From positions 1 through 37,379 of the forward strand of contig JAHQXB010000014.1 of the NCBI GenBank assembly GCA_029856435.1: a DNA stretch of 37,379 nucleotides, given 5' to 3'. This document shows, piece after piece, positions 1 through 8,906 of this stretch (positions are counted from its first letter, which is position 1; each line of letters begins with the position of its first letter). Position numbers and translations under genes: made by a program. The notes under the pieces are model-generated. The model was not told where the DNA came from and searched no databases. It saw only the letters and a list, made by a program, of their open reading frames with translations. Origin of the DNA: Candidatus Jordarchaeia archaeon (GTDB taxonomy: Archaea > Asgardarchaeota > Jordiarchaeia > Jordiarchaeales > Jordiarchaeaceae).

Positions 1-88
1 AACATAGGCGTCCTCACTTTTCAATAGGGTAATCTGTGTCTCTTCCTCAACGCTGGGCTCATTACGCTCCCCATAAATAGACTTAAAA

Positions 89-263
89 CCCATTTTTCGC
101 AGATTCTGCGAATTTCTCCGTGACGCTGAAAAACTCCCGGCGTTGTAGGTGTAGCCTCGAAGACCTCTCAAATAGTAGTTTGCGAGGGTTCCGAGAGACG
201 AGGTTCTCAAATCTAAGAGTCCACAAATCTCACAAAAAGATTCACAAATGTGCGAAAAATGGG
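89..263. mobile_element. MITE-like element with imperfect ~24-bp terminal inverted repeats
   Basis: Left end CCCATTTTTCGCAGATTCTGCGAA (89-112); reverse complement of right end CCCATTTTTCGCACATTTGTGAA (241-263). Flanked by direct repeat TTAAAA (83-88, 264-269). No credible ORF inside. Only one copy seen. Confidence 0.55.
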
Positions 264-470
264 TTAAAAGAAAGCAGTGGGTTTTTTCAGGGAGTTTTTT
301 GGCCTTGATTATTTTGATTTTGATGGTGCCGTGCCTAGATGTTTCTGGTTCCTTAGAACAAGCGCATAAGAAAATAGTCAGCTAGAAAATTCTTATTCAT
401 GAGCGATCAACATTGGAATCTAAGTTTTAGAATAACTTATCCAGACAGAAGCTATTGTTAACGACATAAA

Positions 471-578
471 GGTGATGTAGAATCGTCCGATTTCGCCTCA
501 AAAAAGGGGTGTTTATAGGGCTTCTTTCACGATTTGGAGCATTATTAGGGAGATGGAGCCGAATAAATCTGCATCACC
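471..578 (+). mobile_element. ~108-bp fold-back MITE with IS1-like GGTGATG...CATCACC ends, copy 1
   Basis: Near-identical to 6038-6146 and 19585-19691; ~29-bp imperfect terminal inverted repeat; no target duplication visible for this copy. Confidence 0.7.
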
Positions 579-725
579 CTTTTAGTGGACACCTAACTGA
601 GCGCCACCTGCCAAGTATGGCTCATTTTTTGGCTTTTTTTCATAAATAAAAATAAATTATTCTTTTTACATTATTTATTACTACTATTATTTTTATTATG
701 TATTGGTTTAAAGGAGTTTCTCAAA

Positions 726-1253
726 ATGGGTTTATTTGATTATAGTGATTATCTTGTAGAAGAAAAGTTATTGACACCCCGATACACTCTCATAATAAAG
801 AATGAGAAGGGTGAAGAACTGGGAAGAGCAGTTAGTAAATTTCTCTCTTTTAAGGGAAAAATTGAATTCACCGACAACTTGGGACAAAAAGTGGGCTCAA
901 TTGAGGGAAAGCTGTCTGCTAGGCCCACCTTCAAAATAGTGGATCAGAACCAGAAACTCATTGCTATAATTAAGGAGAAAATGCTAACTATTCACGACGA
1001 CTGGTGGGTTGAGAACACGGAGGGAGAAAAAATCCTGTTTGTGAAGGGCGACGTATGGGGTTTAGAGTATAAAATTGAGGATAAGTCTGGTCTTGTTGTT
1101 GCGGAGGTTTCAAAAAAGTTTTGGTCCATACGCGACCATTTCGGAGTCAAAATAAAATACGATTTCAATCCCTTCCTAGTACTCTCCATCGTGGTGGCGA
1201 TAGGTTTCCAAAAGCAGAGAGAACGGGGTGCTGCTGTGGCTTCCGCCTCCTGA
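726..1253 (+). CDS. LURP-one-related / scramblase (tubby C-terminal-like) family protein
   Basis: 175-aa ORF with AAGGAG RBS. Repeated beta-strand pattern with Y.v.EKll, DDWWVE, GD.W.lEY.I.D and RDhFGV.I motifs. Paralog at 3445-3957. Confidence 0.8.
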   Translation: MGLFDYSDYLVEEKLLTPRYTLIIKNEKGEELGRAVSKFLSFKGKIEFTDNLGQKVGSIEGKLSARPTFKIVDQNQKLIAIIKEKMLTIHDDWWVENTEGEKILFVKGDVWGLEYKIEDKSGLVVAEVSKKFWSIRDHFGVKIKYDFNPFLVLSIVVAIGFQKQRERGAAVASAS

Positions 1254-1432
1254 AATAGTTGAAAAAATTTGTCAGCTAACAATGGGTGTTACGGGTGTCA
1301 TATTTTTTGTGGCGTTTTTAGAGTATTACCCGAAGCACATACAGAAATAAAAACTCTAAATCCATCCCTATTAGTGGACAAACCAGCACCAGTGAGGGCA
1401 CCATATAACTATAGAGTTTGGGGCTGATTCTT

Positions 1433-1831
1433 ATGGATAAAAAAGTTGACGAGTTAATGGGAAAAATTAAATCCGCAATTCCCGGGAAAAGTTTTCTGGC
1501 TCTGATGGACGAAGGAGGAAAAATTCTATACAACAATTTTCACAGCGGCTTGAATGGCAACATCAAAAACTTTGCCCCTGCAATAAAAATAATGGATGTG
1601 GGAGACTACCATATTAAGAACTATGATAAAAGCTGTTTAATCATCTACAAGGTCAGTGACAGTTTAGCTCTAATTGCAGAAAGCTACGTTAAGGAAGGCT
1701 TACTCATTTTCACGATAAAACACCTGGCGGAAAACTTAAAAGACCAGTTCCTTGAAATAGACATTCTACAAACTTTCACAAATATGGTGGAGGAAGAAAA
1801 AGAGGCCAAGATAACAGAGCAACTATTATGA
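1433..1831 (+). CDS. Small roadblock/LAMTOR/longin-like fold protein (tentative)
   Basis: ORF track gives 1418 (TTG); ATG at 1433 is in frame. Helix, LALMDEGGKILY hairpin, strands (CLIIYKVSDSLALIAE), then helix (GLLIFTIKHLAENL), resembling small Asgard roadblock/longin-type proteins. Pattern recognition only. Confidence 0.45.
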   Translation: MDKKVDELMGKIKSAIPGKSFLALMDEGGKILYNNFHSGLNGNIKNFAPAIKIMDVGDYHIKNYDKSCLIIYKVSDSLALIAESYVKEGLLIFTIKHLAENLKDQFLEIDILQTFTNMVEEEKEAKITEQLL

Positions 1832-1943
1832 AATTCTCCAAGATGCATAGCACTTAATGGGCCTCCATAAAAATGCGGATGCCGCTTCCTCTTCTGCCAT
1901 TAGGTGCGGTTTCCCTTCCCATAATTGGGAACGCTCCCTTTAC

Positions 1944-2274
1944 AAAAGCTACAGGCGAGAAAAGCTCCTGACTTCTGGTTGAGGGGATGAATCTCCATGT
2001 TTATACACCAATTTTTGAACAAAGAATTTTGATGGGAAAGGGATACCCGAAAGCTAAGAAAATAAGGCTATCATCTGAAGTTGAAGAAAGGTTCCGGCAG
2101 GATATACGGGCTTGTTTGGAAGCTTTTCCGAGGAAGTCACTAACGCTGGTGGCACAGCCCCTCTGCAGACAGGTTTCCAAACAGTGAAGGTATGAATGCA
2201 GCCCTAGATTTGTCCCAGAAGCGGTGGAGATGCTGTGTTCAGGAATCCCCGAATTTGTTTGAGGGGAGTGTCAA
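1944..2274 (+). mobile_element. Non-autonomous IS200/IS605-family element (left end + TnpB-type RNA scaffold remnant + right end), element A
   Basis: TTAC (1940-1943), 17 nt, AAAG, hairpin, GATGAAT matches an IS608-like left end. Ends GGAATCCCC...GGGGAGTGTCAA (right end, GAAT guide, TCAA terminus). Shares 18/18 nt GCTGGTGGCACAGCCCCT with the ~245-bp elements. Confidence 0.75.
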
Positions 2275-2285
2275 CCGAGTTTCGC

Positions 2286-2990
2286 CTACTTGGGAACCTT
2301 TCTTTCCCTTATGTTAACCCAAAGCGAGCCAAAAATGATGAATCCCAGTTCAATAATTGGAATGCCGCCAACATTGGTGCTGCTAAGAATATCGCGTAAA
2401 ACGCCAGCGAAGCTTATGAATACTCCAGAGCCATAGATTGCCGCGGTTTCAATGAAAATTTTTCTATAGTGCCTGAATAATCTTTCCTTACCATGCTTTC
2501 TGATTTCTTCCGGAAACTCTTTGATGAGGTGGTGCCACCAAAGGCTCCAAACTGCAAAAAGTAAAGCTAAAACCAGAACAACACTATAGAAGGGCCAACG
2601 AAAATTTCCTATGCCATAAATAGCGCAGGGAAAACACGAAATAACTATGAGCAAAAGAGCGTCTACTATTGGAAACGGCATATCGGGGCGAATATACCTC
2701 ATTCGAGTACTCAGATAAGACCACCACCATGAAAGCACAGATATTGCAACAATAATGAACACAAATATTCCCACTACACCCAATTCCGTGGCGAAGATGA
2801 TGCTGAACCCCACAGCTATACTTACAAGAGTTGTTGCCAGCTCCACAAATATCTCGCGAGTAATCTCTTTTCCCAAACCCACTACTCGAACGTTCCTTCT
2901 CTCCTTATTCTCACTTATTCTTTCTTCCAAATCTCTTACCTCCAAATCGCCACAAGTAGACCAAAAAGGATATAATAATTGATCCCACAA
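2286..2990 (-). CDS. Multi-pass membrane protein, TMEM175/DUF1211-like (distant)
   Basis: 234-aa ORF with about 6 hydrophobic helices. SWWWSY...RYI...D...LLLIVISCFP echoes the TMEM175 pattern, but the canonical FSD motif is absent. Start uncertain. Confidence 0.5.
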   Translation of the reverse strand: MWDQLLYPFWSTCGDLEVRDLEERISENKERRNVRVVGLGKEITREIFVELATTLVSIAVGFSIIFATELGVVGIFVFIIVAISVLSWWWSYLSTRMRYIRPDMPFPIVDALLLIVISCFPCAIYGIGNFRWPFYSVVLVLALLFAVWSLWWHHLIKEFPEEIRKHGKERLFRHYRKIFIETAAIYGSGVFISFAGVLRDILSSTNVGGIPIIELGFIIFGSLWVNIRERKVPK

Positions 2991-3444
2991 AGTCTAAACC
3001 ACTTTTCGGAATAAAATAATTAACATCTTTATGCAATTTTAATTTTCTCCAAACACTTCAACACATTTCTTTCCCTCTCACAACCTCCAATCAAACTAAT
3101 AAAACAGACCCCAAAAGGGCTCAACAATCTAACCCGTCAACGGTACTACCAGCCTTAGGTTCATTTGGAGGAATCATTAGGCTCTCTCCTTCTCAATAGA
3201 TGGTGTTATGCTGTGTATCGCTTTAGAGAGGTAGGATTTCAGAAATTTTTCCTCTTCTACTGGAATTTATTATTTGGTTCAGGCTACGGATGAAGCGTTA
3301 GGGCTTCTAACCACCTGTTCGGTAGGGGTTTTAATGGGGATTTTGAAAAGTGGAGATGGAACAACTTTTGGTTTATGTGATTCATCATAGATGCGGTAAA
3401 AATATTAGGGCGGATATTGGTTATTTTTTTGAGAGGTTTCAGAT

Positions 3445-3957
3445 TTGGGTTTGTTTGATTATAGAACTTATCTTGTAGATGAAAAGTTGTTGTCTGTACG
3501 TGACACTTTGGTAATTAAGGATGAGAAAGGCAGGGAACTGGGCAAAGCCGTAAAAAGGCTTTTGGCGCTGAGAGAAGAAATAGAGTTCATTGATAGCCAG
3601 GGAAAAAAGGTTGGAGCAGTCAAGAGGAAAATGGTTACAGTCGCACCCGCCTTTGAAGTCTATGACCAAGGCAAGAAACGTGTAGCAAACATCAAAAAGA
3701 AAATTGTGGCCATCGGGGATGACTGGTGGGTGGAGGATAAAAAGGGCAAAAAAATACTAAACGTTGATGGGAACATTCTGGATTTGGAGTACAAAATAAA
3801 AGATAAACTTGGTCAAGAAGTTGCCCTGGTGTCAAGAAAACTTTTTTCTATACGCGACCACTACGGTGTCAAAATAGTTGGGGATGTTGATCCCCTACTG
3901 GTTCTGGCCACAGTTGTTTCAATAAATATGGAGAAAGAGAGGAAGGAGAAAGACTGA
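3445..3957 (+). CDS. LURP-one-related / scramblase family protein, paralog 2
   Basis: TTG start after GAGAGG; colinear with 726-1253 (MGLFDY, DDWWVE, RDHyGVKI). Confidence 0.8.
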   Translation: MGLFDYRTYLVDEKLLSVRDTLVIKDEKGRELGKAVKRLLALREEIEFIDSQGKKVGAVKRKMVTVAPAFEVYDQGKKRVANIKKKIVAIGDDWWVEDKKGKKILNVDGNILDLEYKIKDKLGQEVALVSRKLFSIRDHYGVKIVGDVDPLLVLATVVSINMEKERKEKD

Positions 3958-3989
3958 GTTTCCCAAAAAAAGGGGTTGTGTTTCTTGTT

Positions 3990-5210
3990 TTACATTGATT
4001 TTGCTGTGAGGTCTATGGCTCTTTGGATCTCTTTTTCTAGGAATTCTGGTAGGCCAAAGACTCTTATGTCCATGAAGCCTCTCACTATTAGGGCGGATGC
4101 CTCCTTTTCTGAGAAGCCTCTAGACATGAGGTATAGTATTTGTTCCTCGGCGATTTTTCCCACTGCGGCTTCGTGGGAGAGTTCCGCTCCACTTTTGCTG
4201 CCGATTAGTTCGGGGATGGCGTGTATTGTGGCGTTGTCTGAGAGTAGGAGTCCGTTGCATTCGAGGTGTGCTCTACTCTTTGAATTATTACCTACCAGCA
4301 TTCCCCTAGAGTAAACGTGGGCTTTATCTGTGGCGATTACTCTGGAGCTTACTTCGGCTCGGGTTTCGTCTCCGTCCAGAATAACTTTTGATCCCAGGTC
4401 GATTTGGGAGGAGCCACTGGCATAGATAACGGAGTTGAAAATTGCTGTGGACTTGTTCCCCTTGCAGTAGGCTGTTGGGTAGCTTTGAATGCTTCTTACT
4501 GGTTTGAGGAGTACATAGTTGTTTATGTAGGTTGCCCCGTCTTCCAGCAAGATTCCAGTTCGGGGGCGGACGTCCACATCCTGCTTCCAGTTGTGAACCA
4601 TGGTGAAGGTCAGCTTGGACCCCCTCTTTAGGTAAAATTCGGAGATTCCCACGTGGAGACCTCTACGCAGGTTTGGATGGGTAACGCAGCCCGTTATCAA
4701 TTGGGCTTCTGAGTCTGGCTCCAGCACCACAATGTTGTGAACATTTTGGTCAATGTTTTCACCCGCCAAAAAGAGGCAGGATTGCAGGGGGAGAGTGATT
4801 TTTACTCCTTCAAAGACATGGATGAAGTATCCGTGGTCCCATTCTAATTCTGCTAGGGCGGTGTATTTGTCTGTGTCTACTGGGACGAGGTTCCACCAGT
4901 AATCTTTGAGCCAGTCATATTTTTCGAGTGCCTGTTTGGTGCTCATTATTTCCGCTTTGTCTTTGAATGTGGTGTCTACGGTGCAGGAAACAACTGAGTG
5001 GTCTATTTGGAAGAATGTTCCTGCTCTTTCTTTGGTTTTGGGTGTGACTCCGCAACTCATGGCTCCCTCTAGGATTGGTTCTGGGAGTTCTGATATATTG
5101 GTTTCATCCCAATTGGTGGAGTTTCTTGAATACTCTTCTAGATTGAGGTCTACTCCATAGGGTGCGGGTTTATTTATTGCTTCTAGGGCTCTTTTCCTAT
5201 ACTCCGACAT
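3990..5210 (-). CDS. sufB: Fe-S cluster assembly scaffold SufB/SufD family (SmsB-type)
   Basis: 406 aa; C-terminal C.GLLLS...A.PEL...ELSHEAAVGKI.EEQI.YLMSRG motif; overlaps the upstream SufC-type ATPase. Confidence 0.9.
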   Translation of the reverse strand: MSEYRKRALEAINKPAPYGVDLNLEEYSRNSTNWDETNISELPEPILEGAMSCGVTPKTKERAGTFFQIDHSVVSCTVDTTFKDKAEIMSTKQALEKYDWLKDYWWNLVPVDTDKYTALAELEWDHGYFIHVFEGVKITLPLQSCLFLAGENIDQNVHNIVVLEPDSEAQLITGCVTHPNLRRGLHVGISEFYLKRGSKLTFTMVHNWKQDVDVRPRTGILLEDGATYINNYVLLKPVRSIQSYPTAYCKGNKSTAIFNSVIYASGSSQIDLGSKVILDGDETRAEVSSRVIATDKAHVYSRGMLVGNNSKSRAHLECNGLLLSDNATIHAIPELIGSKSGAELSHEAAVGKIAEEQILYLMSRGFSEKEASALIVRGFMDIRVFGLPEFLEKEIQRAIDLTAKSM

Positions 5211-5947
5211 CTTTCACACCACCAGTAGCCTTCTCTTAGAATGTGGTCAAGTGTTTCTAGGGGTGCCCCCGAGCAGGCTATGCAGCCCTCAATTATTACG
5301 TGGGCCTTGTTTGTTCTCACATAGCGTAGAATGTATCCTTGATGGGTTATGAGGATTCCTGACCTTTCCTCTAGGAGTTCATTTATGAGTTTCCCGATTA
5401 GCTCCAAGTTTTCAACGTCAACACCTGAGTCTGGCTCGTCAAGCATGATGAATTCCGGTCTCTGGGCCAGTATTTGGAGGACTTCGGAACGTTTGACTTC
5501 GCCTCCGGAGAATCCGTAGTTTAGATCCCTGTCTAGGAATGATGCTGGAAAATTGACCTTCTTAGCTAGGCTCTTTTCTCTTCCAGCTAGATTGTGGTTT
5601 TTTTCGCTTATTTTGCTTACAATGTCTCCTAACTTTACGCCTCTTATGGCTGGGGGATGCTGGAATGTGACGCCCATTCCCATTTTTATTCGTTCGTCGG
5701 TGGGCAGATTTGTTATGTCCTTGCCTTTGAAATAGATTTTTCCAGATATTATCCTATATTTTGGGAAGCCCAATAATGTAAAGATGAGGGAAGTTTTTCC
5801 GCTCCCATTGGGACCGAATATAACATGAACTTCTTTTTCTGGAATTTCAAGGTTAAAATCGTGGAGGACTTTTTTTCCGTCCACAACTACATTGAGGTCA
5901 TGGATTTCTAATATGTTCAACTTCCTCGCCTCCGAAAACAGCCTCAT
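5183..5947 (-). CDS. sufC: Fe-S cluster assembly ABC-type ATPase SufC (SmsC-type)
   Basis: Walker A GPNGSGKT, signature FSGGEVKR, Walker B MLDEPDSGVD, H-loop ITH, C-terminal CERC; adjacent to sufB. True start may be a few codons downstream. Confidence 0.9.
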   Translation of the reverse strand: MRLFSEARKLNILEIHDLNVVVDGKKVLHDFNLEIPEKEVHVIFGPNGSGKTSLIFTLLGFPKYRIISGKIYFKGKDITNLPTDERIKMGMGVTFQHPPAIRGVKLGDIVSKISEKNHNLAGREKSLAKKVNFPASFLDRDLNYGFSGGEVKRSEVLQILAQRPEFIMLDEPDSGVDVENLELIGKLINELLEERSGILITHQGYILRYVRTNKAHVIIEGCIACSGAPLETLDHILREGYWWCERCRSIGKEP

Positions 5948-6037
5948 TTAGTTCAGGAACATGGGTACAAGCAACTCCTTTAATTCCACTTATGCGTTAT
6001 TGTAGCTGTATTAATATATATTGCTCCCTACCCAGCC

Positions 6038-6146
6038 GGTGATGTAGAATCGTTCGATTTCGCCTCAAAAAGGGGGATGTTTATAGGGATTCTTTCACGA
6101 TTTGGAGCCTTATTAGGGAGATGGAATCGAACAAATCTGCATCACC
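6038..6146 (+). mobile_element. ~108-bp fold-back MITE with IS1-like ends, copy 2
   Basis: GGTGATGTAGAATCGTTCGATTTCGCCTC...GAGATGGAATCGAACAAATCTGCATCACC; near-identical to copies 1 and 3. Confidence 0.7.
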
Positions 6147-6149
6147 CCA

Positions 6150-6214
6150 TATGTTTAGGCGGCACTCCTGTTTATAGGGATCTGTTTTGTGGCTGCCTGA
6201 GAGAAACCATCACC
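6150..6214 (+). repeat. Degenerate, internally deleted tandem fragment of the fold-back MITE
   Basis: Contains TGTTTATAGGGAT and ends in CATCACC like the adjacent full copy. Confidence 0.35.
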
Positions 6215-6540
6215 CCCATCTTTTTTAAACACCTTTGTGTAGAAAAATGGAGGTAGGAAGGGATGCAGAAGCAGGCTAAGGCAAGCTCACACCACAAAAA
6301 TTCAGATCCCCGGAGTGTTGCTTAAACATATGGCATCACCTACGCAGCCTGCCTAAATTTTTTAAATATTTTTGAGTTGTTCGTTTCACATTTTAGAGTA
6401 GTTTTGGGAAAGAGTCTAAAAATACGTTTTTCCCACCTTTGCCGAATTTTTGGTCGAAAAAGTTTGGTGAGTGTTTATCAGCATGTTTTGTGAAGATTTT
6501 CCAAAGTGGTGCTTTCTTCTTGGTTGTATGTGTATAATTT

Positions 6541-7743
6541 TTAGAACTCGTTTTGGGTCAGAATGTTTAGGAAATAGTCTAGGCCGTTGCCCATTTTTTG
6601 GAGCTCATTTCTTTTGTACGGGGGTTCATCCAACAGGTTTAGCACATCTTTTTCCAAGTTTTCTGCGATTTTGCCATAGCCATATTTCTGGACCATTAGA
6701 GCGTTTTTCCTCTTTTCCATGTGTTCCTTGGCGGAGAATAGTAGTAGGGGCACTCCATACATTATGGCTTCAGAAATGGTTCCAAATCCGCCCCGCGTAA
6801 TAACAAGGCTTGAAGCGTTAATGTAGTTTTGAATGTCTGGGAGGAAACCGTTGAATTTCAAGTTTTCCTGCTCCAATTCTCTGCAAATTCCCGATGGTGC
6901 AACCACATGGAAGTGGATGTCTGGGTGTTCCAGTGCAATCTTTTTGTAAATGTGAAAATCATAATTTTTCCTTAAACAGCTTTTTTGGTAGGGTCTTCCC
7001 ATCACTAGAACCAATGGTTCATTTTTGCCCAATCCTAATTCCTCTCTCACCTTTGATTTGGTTTTGGTCACGTCTCTAACAATTGGGGGATAGACTTTTT
7101 CGCAGTCCACAACTTCTGGCCTAATATCCATTGCGAAATTCTCAGAAAGGCCCAAAAATGAACGCACACGCTCCCCCCAAACTATGGGCCTCTCAACCAG
7201 ATACGAGTAAAAATTCATCCTGAACTCTCTCCACCCGTACTTAAAGGGTAGGTAGTGAGTAATATTAATAGTCCTCATTCCCGGAATGCATGTGAGATGG
7301 GGGTTATAATCGTTAATTAGGACACGGTACTTCAAGCTCATAATTAGGATTCTCAAAAAGTCTATGGGGAAATATAGGCTACCAAAAATTAACCTCAAAA
7401 CCGTAGGGAAAACATTGAGGTCACCATTATTGCTATAAACATATTTTATTCCATGAAGCTTATTATTACACTTTAAATCGGGCTGGGAGAGAAATTTTAT
7501 TCTTTCCTCATCACTGAATACAAGGAAATCTATATTACTCATTTTTAGCCTTGAAGCTATTGCGCAAATCCTCTGGGCATGGCCGTATCCCTCTGTTGTG
7601 GGGCAAAGAACTACTTTGAAACTTTGATTTTCACAAATCGGTTTTTCCAACAATTGTTTATCCAACTCAGCGGTTACCAATCTCTTATCTCCCATCAAAA
7701 CTTTTGAGCTGAACTCGTATTCCTCTTCTCGCCAAATTATCAT
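6541..7743 (-). CDS. GT-B glycosyltransferase (GT28/MurG-like, MJ1255-like)
   Basis: N-terminal EGYGHAQR and C-terminal VITRGGFGTISEAIMYGVPLL...EK..NA motifs. Start probably at the MGDKRLV ATG. Confidence 0.8.
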   Translation of the reverse strand: MIIWREEEYEFSSKVLMGDKRLVTAELDKQLLEKPICENQSFKVVLCPTTEGYGHAQRICAIASRLKMSNIDFLVFSDEERIKFLSQPDLKCNNKLHGIKYVYSNNGDLNVFPTVLRLIFGSLYFPIDFLRILIMSLKYRVLINDYNPHLTCIPGMRTINITHYLPFKYGWREFRMNFYSYLVERPIVWGERVRSFLGLSENFAMDIRPEVVDCEKVYPPIVRDVTKTKSKVREELGLGKNEPLVLVMGRPYQKSCLRKNYDFHIYKKIALEHPDIHFHVVAPSGICRELEQENLKFNGFLPDIQNYINASSLVITRGGFGTISEAIMYGVPLLLFSAKEHMEKRKNALMVQKYGYGKIAENLEKDVLNLLDEPPYKRNELQKMGNGLDYFLNILTQNEF

Positions 7744-7934
7744 AAGATTAGGTTTTTTGTTTTTCTCTCTTTAAAAGAATTGTTGGCGAGATAAACCCCC
7801 AGCTTCTTGAGCCAAGTCTAGGAGAGCATACCAGCCAAAGTTTATAAAGACCACCTCAAGAAGAACAACCGTTTTCAAACAGTGAATAAATTAAGGAAGT
7901 TTTTTGATCTGGCAAAACGAACAGAATATCAAAA

Positions 7935-8269
7935 TGTTCCCCTTAAGGGGAACAATCGGAGAAAAACCAAGCCACACCGTGCGCATGAAGCTTGAGATAC
8001 CCAAAAAGGCTTCAATACGTTCGGCAACGAACGAATGCCAAGCTCAACGTCTGGCATAAGGGCTTGACTGGAGTACCAGTCAAAGTAACCAAGCCCTGAA
8101 GCACAAGGAAGAGGGAGATAAGCCTGAGAGGCGTTAGTCTATGCACCGTTAAAGCCTTGAAAGTAGAGGTACAACCCCGCAAGCATCCATGAAACACTGT
8201 CTTGGCGACAAGCGGGAAATGGTGAACGAAACCTGGAAGCCACCATTTTCAAATGGTGAAGGAGGTCAC
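7935..8269 (+). mobile_element. IS605/IS1341-type tnpB 3' remnant with structured RNA scaffold and right end, element E
   Basis: Ends GGAAGCCACCATTTTCAAATGGTGAAGGAGGTCAC (hairpin + TCAC terminus). AATACGTTCGGCAACGAACG resembles tnpB 3' tails. Several stems are visible. Perfect palindrome TGTTCCCCTTAAGGGGAACA (7935-7954) may mark the left end; left boundary uncertain. Confidence 0.6.
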
Positions 8270-8605
8270 TTTACTACCCATGCAGAGAAGGCCGCATGTT
8301 TAAACAGGACTCTCCTTTGTGGGGACTCTGACTGAGTTTTGAGGGATGACTTCCACCATTTTTAACAACATTACGTTAAAAAAATGAAATAAGGATGCAA
8401 ATAGAAGAACTGCGAAGAAAAGAAAGCGAAGTAACATTCAACGAAAATGACAGGAAGCAAAAAGAAAAACTGCAAAAGGAACTAATGAAACGTAGAGAAA
8501 CTAGACAAATACCAGAAGGAATGAAAAACCCTTCAAAGAAACTGAACCCATCCCCCCTTAATTCTACAACTTTAGCCCTGAAAACACGTTTCCATTACTC
8601 TATCT

Positions 8606-8850
8606 TTGACACTCTCCACGGCTGAAGCCGGGAGACTCCTGCTTCTAAGGTTTTCGTCTGCTCTGTTCATTGCCCTTTTTAGGCTTCCACTTCACTTCAT
8701 TCCACATTAGCAGGGGTTGTGCCACAGCCCGTTAGCCTCGCCTCCATAGAGGCTAGCTGATATTTTTAAGGCTCCGACGACACCGGCGTTTAAACTTATT
8801 GACAATTCGTCCCGCGGTTAAAACTGTAGGCTTTCTTGTCGCTGCGGCTT
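8606..8850 (-). mobile_element. 245-bp non-autonomous IS200/IS605 element (left end, TATA, RNA scaffold, right end), element B
   Basis: Minus strand: TTAC|AAGCCGCAGCGACAAG-AAAG-hairpin ... GTTTAAAC ... right-end hairpin CTCCCGGCTTCAGCCGTGGAG-AGTGTCAA. Homologous to 21632-21876 and 29581-29834. Confidence 0.8.
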
Positions 8851-8906
8851 GTAAAGAGTATGATTGTTTATTAAGAAAAAAGGTTTTTGCAAAACACTGC
8901 TTTATT

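Noticed and set aside
120-308. 62-aa ORF
   Set aside because: Lies within and across the TIR element; no RBS or recognisable motif.
1987-2187. 66-aa ORF in element A as a mini-TnpB
   Set aside because: Only the LVAQP tail resembles tnpB 3' sequence; no RuvC or zinc-finger residues.
3060-3410. Possible pseudogene between the membrane gene and LURP paralog 2
   Set aside because: Only short open frames with no recognisable family.
8395-8625. 76-aa Lys/Glu-rich ORF
   Set aside because: A-rich low complexity, ends inside element B's right end; probably spurious or a fragment.
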